A DNA stretch of 64,000 nucleotides, from positions 18,600,001 to 18,664,000 of the forward strand of contig OZ059896.1 in the NCBI GenBank assembly GCA_964057225.1, read 5' to 3'. The notes beneath the pieces are model-generated. The model was not told where the DNA came from. It saw nothing but the letters and a program-made list of their open reading frames with translations, and did no database searches. This document shows positions 30,357 through 38,900 of this stretch, in pieces (the first letter of the stretch is position 1; each line of letters opens with the position of its first letter). Source of the stretch: Auanema rhodensis (Eukaryota; Animalia; Nematoda). Both the position numbers and the translations under genes were made by a program.

Positions 30357-30429
30357 GGCCTTGTGGCCTAATGGATAAGGCGTCGGACTTCGGATCCAAA
30401 GATTGTAGGTTCGAGTCCTACCAGGGTCG
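30357..30429 (+). tRNA. tRNA-Arg(UCG), last copy before the retroelement (G42>A, G64>A variant)
   Basis: Cloverleaf with a C28-A42 mismatch. Confidence 0.85.
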
Positions 30430-30575
30430 TTATTTTTTGTTTTAAAAAAATCATTACCTGATAGTTTACATGTTTTATTCTGTATTATCTCATACAATTG
30501 AAAAAAATACTAGCAGTAAAACAAATGCAGTGATAATATTCTCGAAAATGTTCCTATTCAGAGTGAGAAAGTATC

Positions 30576-30747
30576 TTAATGTAGTTCTTATATTGTATTT
30601 TCTTGTTATCTGATAATGAATCCTTTTCTCTTTAAGTATTTGTCTTAATAAGGAAATCGGGGTGTTCGGGTCTGCCTACCTAAGGAACAAGGTAGAAGTA
30701 CATATATCTTCCGACCATGAAAAGACGGGAAGAAACAATATGTAACG
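30576..30747 (+). repeat. 5' LTR remnant (last 172 bp only)
   Basis: Matches 40242-40413 with 3 transitions (30584, 30623, 30663). Directly followed by the PBS. Confidence 0.95.
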
Positions 30748-30760
30748 TGGAGGTTCCACC
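30748..30760 (+). promoter_or_regulatory. Primer-binding site complementary to the tRNA-Gln 3' end
   Basis: TGGAGGTTCCACC is the reverse complement of GGTGGAACCT-CCA, the 3' end of animal tRNA-Gln as I recall it. It abuts the LTR end. Confidence 0.88.
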
Positions 30761-31899
30761 TTGCTTACTCTACTGTTAATTTATTGACAGCAAGTTTACG
30801 AGACTTTTGGACTTAATTACCCAACAGTGAGGAGTAACCGAGCCGCGCACCATGATTTCCCCAAAAATTATTTTGGCTACCACTTCTCCTCCGCTCAACG
30901 AAAACTGGGAGGTGTCTGAGACGTTTGGGGAAACTATCAGACAATAGTTTTGACGAGCGTTACCTTTTTGTTATGCACGCGCGTGCTATTTTGATTCATT
31001 ACGTTATGATGTGAATGTCCAGTGTGGCAACAGAGCTCACTTTTTAGCTGAGTTGTTTGGAAGCTGGAGGCTGTTGGGATAATTTTATTTACGATTTTTG
31101 ATTTTGATTCACATCCAAGGGTTCATCAGGGTTCTACTCCTGTTAACTCTTTTCTTATTAGTTCAGAGATAATGAGAATATTTAAATTCCTACCCACCCA
31201 AGTCCACTCTACGTCTGCCAACGTTTCCTTTTTCCTATATTATTGACAGATTACTGAATTTGAATTCCTATATCAATCTTAAATTACCTTCTAAATCTTT
31301 TGAAATTAAATTAAAAATTATCTTAATTAAGATTTATTTTGAAATTCTTTCTACAAATCTTAATAAACTTTATAAAATTGAACTTAATATACGAGATGAG
31401 ACATTTTTGTTTACTTTAAGCTTACTCACATTCAAATAGTTGGCCCACGCGTACCAGCTGTTCGGCATGTGTAGTCAATAACAGCTGTTAAAATTCAAAA
31501 GTTTTCAAACAGGCTTAAGGCACCATCTGTGATTCCTAATTTGTCTCTAAGCTGACATTAGTGATTATAATATTCAAATATCACGACAGACGGTCAATGG
31601 TTGTTTACCATAAGCGCTAACATCTGGTGTCGTGACACATGGCTGGAGGCGGAGCTTGAAGCTTCAACGATCCTCCTTCATCAGACGCCATTGTCACAAA
31701 CGTTTTTACTGGAGTCTAGTTGCTTCCAGTACGCGCTCTTATATTCATCTAACTGTATTCACCAGCCAACCTGTCGGACTCGGACATCAGCGAGGAAAAC
31801 AAAGATCAGGAACAAGGATCACCAGAGGTACGCCCAGTTTTTGAATTTAATTCTAAAAACTTAAATACTCCATCCACCTACCTCTCTCCTTTTGAATTT

Positions 31900-34677
31900 T
31901 TGAGAGAAGAAGGTGATTCCTCTTCTTCTTCTCATTCTTCTTCTCTAACAATTAGAACAAGAAGTAAAAGCAGAAAGGCCATCACTGAGGAAACACCTCG
32001 GGCACCTACTACAGTACGAAATAGATCACCAAGTCGGTGGGCCGCTGCTATAACTAAAGCTTTTGAAAGAAAAATGACTCCTACCTCTCCATCTCCTAAC
32101 TCTAATGTTGCTCCACCCTCTAGAAATATGGCAACTATTTTAAATTGCCATCTCTGTCCCAGGTATGACGGCTCTCGTAGCTTTCGTTCTTTTGTTGAAT
32201 CTTTAAATAGATTTTTTAATGTTATGAATCTAAGCTTACCTGAGAGACTATTAATTTTGCCTCTTCTTTTGGAATCAAATGAAACAGCTCTCTCCTTGTA
32301 TAATAGTATTCCTAGTGGCATAAGAACTAATGGCCCATGGATTGTTTTGATGGATCAGCTCACTGAGCTTTTAGCGCCTAAAACAGATAAAAATTTCACC
32401 ATAGCGCTTATTCATCGAGTACAACAAGGAGATAAATCTGTTCTTGATTTTAGTATGGAATTAGAGAGAATGGCAAGCACCATAATGTCACCAATGGATC
32501 CCGAGCGGGAACCAATGTTGAAAACGGCATTTTTAAATGGTTTAAAAGAGGAACTGGGTATTGCGGTTTTAACTAAAAACCCCGCCACTTATGAACAAGC
32601 TAAGAAATTAGCTAGGTTTGAAGAAGGCGTTCGGAATAGCTTCATGAAAAGAAATGAAGACACCAGCACCTTGAAGGAGCTCATAAATGCTTTACAACAT
32701 AAATTAAGCTTTAGTGAAGAAAGAGAAAGAAGTAGGAATAATAATAATAATAAAAATTATAAAAATAATAAAAATAATAAAAAAAATAATAACTGGACTC
32801 AGCACAATAATGGTTCTAATGATTATGAGCGAGAGAGAGAGCGACCTTCTGCCGTACGTTATAATAATAATAACTCGCAGAACGGGAATATGAATAGGCG
32901 TCCTAACCCGGGAAACCGCCCATTTGCCAATGGCAGAAATGCCAATAGCTCGTCTTGGAACCCTAGGCCTAGTTCCCCAAGAAGACAAAGACCATCAGCC
33001 AATGGGAATGGTAACTCAAGGGTATACAGCGTAGCGACCCCATTCATGCCACCGGTCACGTTGTGCCTGACTTTATTGGCACTCTCATGCCTTCCCTTTG
33101 GGTCGGCAAAATATCAGATTTGCGCTCAATCTGAAGGGGGTATATTAGTAACACCTCCTGTGGTCACAGGCTGCCATAAGGCAGAAATTGAAAAGGCTCA
33201 CAGTGTTGAGGTAGAAATATATCTACCAAAGGCTGAGATAGAGTCATGGGAAGCATGGAAATGCTATGTGAAAAAGTATAAAAGCTGTGTGAGAAATTTC
33301 ATGTTTTTGAGAGATCGTAACACCACATTCTCTCATATTGAAACAGTAGATAAGAAAGATTGTGTTCGAGCACATAGAAATCGTATGTGGAATGATAAAA
33401 TCATGAATGCCCAACAGCATTCAGTTTTTGAAACACCATTAAACGAGCATAATCCAACTCGCTCTTGGTCCACTGAAGAATGTGTAGAAATTGAACAATT
33501 TGTATTGAAGCGAGGGATAATAACTAGATTGAAAGAAGATCACATTGTATCAGACTTATTTATAAATACTGATAATTGTAAAGGAAATGAAGGGTTTTGT
33601 GCAACTGGTGAAGGTGCAGTTATCTGGCAACCACCTATCCCATCAGTTGTCTGTCACTATCAAAAACTTGGCCCCTTCTCCGCCATGTTGGGTGATCATA
33701 TTCTTCTAGTTCACTCTATTGAAAGCGCTTTTGTTCTCCAAAATCATTCCACATCCGCTCACGTTCAATCTTGTTTCGAATTCGCTGTTTTTGAATCATC
33801 TTCTGAGGCAATTATCCGATTCACAGCATATCCCCGTGTTTATAATTTGCTTGATCTTTCCAATACTTTGCTTAATGCTGATAGACGCAGAAATAAACGT
33901 AATGCATTACCTCAAAAACATCGCTCTTTCAGTGATGATTATCTTTTTGTTAATGCGAAATCCCAACCATATGCGTTTCCATTTCTAAGACCTACTTTCA
34001 TTTTTGGATCTGCATCTATCACTAAGTTTTACGCAAAATATATGAGATATGCAGCTACATCATCTTATGAGAGTTTGCTCCAATTCGCGATAGATAATCC
34101 ACTGTTCATTGACACAATTGTTAGTTTAGGATTGACAAAAGATCATATAACTAACTGGGCAAAGTCTAATAATTTCAAAGATCCCAATCTTTTGATTTTA
34201 CAATGTATGGGTATAGAGGAAATTAAACTGGCTACTAGACAGATGATTAATAGCATGAAATTGGATGATCTTATCACTCAAGTAGCTCGTCGTATAGAAG
34301 TTCCTCGGTTAAAAAGATCTTTGATGAAATCTACAACATCCATAGAAGATTTCTTTCGAGGAATGGCTCACGCAGTAGTATATCAAGCCACAATTCTTGA
34401 TGGTACACAAACAGTTCCATCAATTGAACAGTTGGCAAGAGCCTTATATCCATCTATATTGCCACGCAGTGGAAATATGAATCAATCTGAAATTATTGCA
34501 ACTGCTCAAGGCATGTTATTCATGATCCAACAACAATCGGGAAAAGAACAAATATCTCGTGACATGCAAGTCAGTCGACAACAAAAAGCTGATGCTACTG
34601 TTAGAAATAACCAAGAGCAAGATTTAGCAATCATATCCAAGCTGCCTGACTATCACAACCTTTATACAAAGAATTAA
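31900..34677 (+). CDS. gag: ORF1: Gag (capsid-like domain plus N/R-rich basic region) fused via an internal signal peptide to the N-terminal half of a class III envelope glycoprotein; first ATG at 32074
   Basis: Retrotransposon Gag motifs PRYDG, RVQQGDKSVLDFSMELERMA, FLNGL, NPATYEQA. Hydrophobic VTLCLTLLALSCLPFGSA, then a Cys-rich ectodomain (YQIC...AWKC...CKGNEGFC...VIW). Furin-type sites RRRNKR and RLKR. Confidence 0.85.
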   Translation: MREEGDSSSSSHSSSLTIRTRSKSRKAITEETPRAPTTVRNRSPSRWAAAITKAFERKMTPTSPSPNSNVAPPSRNMATILNCHLCPRYDGSRSFRSFVESLNRFFNVMNLSLPERLLILPLLLESNETALSLYNSIPSGIRTNGPWIVLMDQLTELLAPKTDKNFTIALIHRVQQGDKSVLDFSMELERMASTIMSPMDPEREPMLKTAFLNGLKEELGIAVLTKNPATYEQAKKLARFEEGVRNSFMKRNEDTSTLKELINALQHKLSFSEERERSRNNNNNKNYKNNKNNKKNNNWTQHNNGSNDYERERERPSAVRYNNNNSQNGNMNRRPNPGNRPFANGRNANSSSWNPRPSSPRRQRPSANGNGNSRVYSVATPFMPPVTLCLTLLALSCLPFGSAKYQICAQSEGGILVTPPVVTGCHKAEIEKAHSVEVEIYLPKAEIESWEAWKCYVKKYKSCVRNFMFLRDRNTTFSHIETVDKKDCVRAHRNRMWNDKIMNAQQHSVFETPLNEHNPTRSWSTEECVEIEQFVLKRGIITRLKEDHIVSDLFINTDNCKGNEGFCATGEGAVIWQPPIPSVVCHYQKLGPFSAMLGDHILLVHSIESAFVLQNHSTSAHVQSCFEFAVFESSSEAIIRFTAYPRVYNLLDLSNTLLNADRRRNKRNALPQKHRSFSDDYLFVNAKSQPYAFPFLRPTFIFGSASITKFYAKYMRYAATSSYESLLQFAIDNPLFIDTIVSLGLTKDHITNWAKSNNFKDPNLLILQCMGIEEIKLATRQMINSMKLDDLITQVARRIEVPRLKRSLMKSTTSIEDFFRGMAHAVVYQATILDGTQTVPSIEQLARALYPSILPRSGNMNQSEIIATAQGMLFMIQQQSGKEQISRDMQVSRQQKADATVRNNQEQDLAIISKLPDYHNLYTKN
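33046..33108 (+). other. Internal signal peptide separating Gag from the envelope ectodomain
   Basis: MPPVTLCLTLLALSCLPFGSA|KYQIC has a hydrophobic core and small residues at -3/-1. Confidence 0.75.
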
Positions 34678-35971
34678 GTTAAGTTTATTCAACACAACTG
34701 ACCACAGGTTACAAGGAAGGTGTGAGGTTAAATTAAGATAAGAACATTAAAATTAACCTTTCGGTAGCTGCTTTTTTTTTTTTTTTTTTTTTTTTTAACT
34801 CCAGAGTTAGCTTTGAATTGGTTTTTAGTTAAGAATGTGCTCAATTATAAGAGTTATGATCTTGAGAAATAGTACAGCATATTATGGATTTCCTCCACAG
34901 TCCATCGAATACCCACAGGAAAATCCTAAATTCAATAAAACAGAAGTTTTAGAATTCATAAGTTGGGTTAAAACTCAAATCACAACTGATAAAAATATGG
35001 TACAGCATACTACTGTAACCCCAATAACTTCCACCAAAACTACAATTCGTAGTTTAACAACTCCTACCCCTAATGCGTACGAGAGAGGTCGAGAGTTGTA
35101 TGTAGCAGAAGTATATGACAATGTTCTCCACAAATCAGAGCATAAAACTAAAACGATAATAGATAATAAGTTGAATTATGGGTTTGAGAAAGCGCGTCTC
35201 TCCATAATTGACGAATTTCATCAACAGTTTCATACCATCTGTAAATCTCAAATGGAAACTGTAAAAAGCTGGCAAGCTATATTACGTATACATCCTACAA
35301 TAGGAGTAAGAGCTATGCTTCAGCGGAATGATATCGTTGCCCGATTTGTTGGAAGAAATGTTTTAAAAATAACAACTTGTCAGGAAATAGAACCACATTT
35401 CATTTATCGTAATCATTCTTACAATGATAAATGTTATGCAGAGACCCCTGTTTTAACACACGATAAACAATTATTCTTTGCTCCTATCGATAGCTACGAT
35501 TTGAGCACTGAAGGACATGAGATCAATTGTGAACACAAAGAGACAGAGATTTGGTATGAAAATGGAACATGGAGAGATTATAAAGGTGACACACATAAAG
35601 TAGATAGTATTCATTCAGAAAAACATGATCATTATGCTGAATTGAGTAAACTTCGATTCACAGGGCGGAATTTGTTTGAAAATTCGACTGAAAAATCCTT
35701 AGCCCTATCTATTGGATTAACTTATGGTTATAGTTTATCTACTTCACCTCACCATGATCTTCTCCGCGTAATTTCTCGTTCACGTGATTGGCCTCAAATT
35801 TCCTCTTTCATCTTCAAAGGAAGTAAACTTATAAGAGATGCCAGGAAAATTGTTTTCTCCAATTGGGATCTGTTCATTGACTTTTGTATAGGTTCAATTG
35901 AACGAACACTCATTACCATCGGTTGTATAACTCTGATATTATGTCTAATGATAGCATTATATTTCACTATA
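33109..35971 (+). pseudogene. env: Interrupted env: class III viral fusion glycoprotein (VSV-G/gB/chuvirus-like), split across ORF1 and ORF2
   Basis: The N-part has rhabdovirus-G-like Cys spacing and candidate bipartite fusion loops (NFMFL; RSWS). The C-part ICKSQ...W...IHPT...RNDIVARFVGRNVLKITTC...CYAETPV resembles the herpes gB motif WC..Q...W....LNP...RRVSARMLGDVMAVSTC...CYSRPLV. TM helix at 35906-35971. Confidence 0.78.
34675..34830 (-). mobile_element. 156-bp antisense insertion, probably a 5'-truncated non-LTR retroposon 3' end
   Basis: Flanked by AAGAAT direct repeats (34669-34674, 34831-34836). The minus strand ends AATAAA-CTTAA-CTTA and has an internal A25 tract (34772-34796). It supplies the TAA that ends ORF1. 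Confidence 0.6.
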
Positions 35972-38900
35972 AAATGTTATCTCTCCCCTACTTCTATGTT
36001 AAAAATAAACCATATCATGTTGAGCCCAACAGCTCCACCACTTGAGGGAGATGAGATTCATGAAACAGTTAGTGATGAATTGATGCGGAGCTATTTTCCC
36101 ACCATAATAACTTACATTCCTTTAGCCATACCTTTTGTATGTCACACAACAACAAAGAAAAATGGACACATGTTACCGTTTGTTCATATTGACATTGAAG
36201 GTAGAGGACTGTTAGCATTATGGGATTCTGGAGCTACGGTCTCATATATTCCGTTCTCCACATTGGCATATATTGGAAGACAATATTTTACAAAATATTC
36301 TAAATCTGCATCCACTGCAAATGGATCAGAGTTTCGCTTTGTGGGAAAATGCAAGTTAGATGTGGGTATAGCAGGTTACCAAGTGGAACACGAATTTTTA
36401 ATATCTGAAGACAATGACTGTCCAGGACAAATGTTACTTGGTACTGATTTTATGCGTACGTTGGAAGAAAGAGAGATATTTACTACATTAAAACTATGTA
36501 AAGGCAAGTTGATTGTTGGTAATATGGAAACACCTTTGGTAAAACCTGGTCGTTTTGCATATAAAACCACAACTAAAACAGTAAATATCATAAGTTTGTC
36601 CACAGTAACAGTTCCACCACACAGTACCTCCCATATATCTTTGCAAACAGGACCAGAATTAGATTTTGATCAATATGCTCTTTTAAAATCTAGCACAGGT
36701 CCTATCTCAATTCCAGATGCCGCCATAGGACCTTTTCCTATTACTATGGTAGTATCAAACAATTCTTCAAAGCCAATTAAAATTAATAAAAATGACCACA
36801 TTGGTTCAGGACTTATAGCATCTAAAGAAATTATGAACGATTATGTTCCACCTGAAGCTGATTGGGAAGATAAGTTACCAACTTTTCCTCAGCATCTTTT
36901 GGATGATTTGAACTTCAATTCTTGCACTCTGTCCCATAAAATGAAGAAAAATCTGATCACAATCATTAAGGAAAACCAAACGGCATTTTTCAACCATGAT
37001 CATAATATTGGTCTCTTTTGCGGACCAGTTGAACATGCCATTCCTATAAGATCTGATATGGATTTTCCAAAAAGTAGATCTTACAGAGTACCATTGGGTA
37101 AGCAAGAAGAAGTAGAACGGCAAGTGAAAGAAATGTTGTCGCAAGGTATAATCGAAAATTCGACGGCTACTTTCACTAGTCCGGTTGTTCTTGTGAAAAA
37201 GAAAGATAATTCTTTCCGGTTCGTTACTGACTTTAGAGCATTGAATAGTGTTACTAAGAAACAAACATACAGCATCCCACACATTCCTGATATCATAGAC
37301 TTAGCGGCTGGAGCTCAGTTCTTTTCGAATTTTGATCTCATTTCTGGTTTCTTCCAAATACCGTTGAAACGCTCAGATAGACACCTAACTGCTTTTACCA
37401 CTCCATCAGGTACCTATCAGTATTGCCGATTGCCTATGGGATTGTGTGGAGCGCCACACACTTTTCAATCCGCAGTACGATACTTGCAATCTCTTGTTAG
37501 ATGCAAACTGTTTGTATATCTAGATGATTTGCTAATAATTTCGAACTCAGCTGAAGAACATTTAAGAGATATACAAGAAGTGCTGAAAAAGGTCACTGAA
37601 CTAGGGTTAAAAATTAAGTTATCTAAATGTTGCTTTGCAGCCACTGAAGTAAAGTTTTTGGGTTTTGTAATAGGTAGAAATGGTGTTAAACCAGATCCTG
37701 CTAAGATAGAGGCTGTTTCCGAATTTCCAAATCCAAGTACAGTTACGGCTGTTAGATCCTTTCTAGGTATGACTAACTATTTTCGACGGTTTATTCAAAA
37801 TTATGCCGAAATAGCGGAGCCATTGTATAAGTTAACACATAAGGATACTCCTTTTGAGTGGAAATCGGAACATGCAGACGCATTTAAAACTTTAAAAACA
37901 TTACTGTGTACTGCCCCTGTACTGAAACCTCCTAAAGCAGACCAACCTTTTGTTATAGAAAGTGATGGCAGTATGATCGCTGTGGGAGCAGTTTTATTGC
38001 AATCAGCAGAGAAAAATTCTCCATTACACCCGATTGCGTTCGCTAGTAGAAAGTTGACTCCAGCGGAACGGAAATATCCTCCTATTGAAGTTGAAGCACT
38101 CGGTTTAGTCTTTGCTCTTCAACAATTCCGTACCTATGTATTAGGAGTACCTACCACAGTTATCACAAATCACCGACCATTAACCAGTTTAATGTCGCGT
38201 ACAGATCTCATAGGTAGATTAGCCAAGTATCAACTAATGATACAAGATTTCAACATAAAGATTGAATATCGTCCTGGCAAATTAAACAGTGTCTGTGATG
38301 CTCTCTCCAGGTATATAGGAAACGAAGCAAATGACAGTCGTCCTACTAAACCAAAGGACAAAGTAAAACCTGTTGATGCTTTCATTGCTCATATTACAAC
38401 TATTTCTTCTATTGACCAACTAAATTGTGAAGAAATACGGAAAGTTCAATTTATTAATCGTTGTACAAAATGTGCAAGTAGGAAATCTAACCCACACCAA
38501 TCGTATATTCAACCTATGGGAAGATTTGTTATACCCGAAAAGCCATTTGATCGTATTCATGTAGATATACTAGGTCCTTTACCTCGCACTAATGATGGAC
38601 ATCGATACATCTTGAGTATTCAAGATGCTTTTAGTAAATGGGGAACAACTTGCCCATTAATAACACAAACGGCTACTGAAATCACAAAAGCGTTTGTAAT
38701 TAGATTTGTTTTCATATATGGACCACCAATGAGTATGATAACCGATAATGGTAGTAGCTTTTTGTCATCTGAATTTCAAGCTATGTGTAAACAATTTGGA
38801 ATTGAACACACTACTACGCTACCATATCATAAAAATGCTAATGGACAAGTGGAGAGACTTCATAGAACTTTAGAAGAAGCTCTCTCTTCATTCGTGAATG

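Larger units (their letters stand above)
1..30575 (+). repeat. Tandem array of ~377-bp units, each with one tRNA-Arg(UCG) gene (left arm, ~81 copies; continues beyond window start)
   Basis: The same unit recurs every 376-378 bp. First tRNA at 133, last at 30357. Copy number is estimated from spacing. Confidence 0.98.

Noticed and set aside
30571-30575. GTATC (left) versus GTATT (right, 40414) as a target-site duplication
   Set aside because: The two come from different positions of the unit, and the left LTR end is deleted, so the true TSD cannot be seen.
36575-36830. dUTPase between protease and RT (VTVPPHS... beta-rich segment)
   Set aside because: No catalytic dUTPase motifs are recognisable. 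At most it is a degenerate linker domain.
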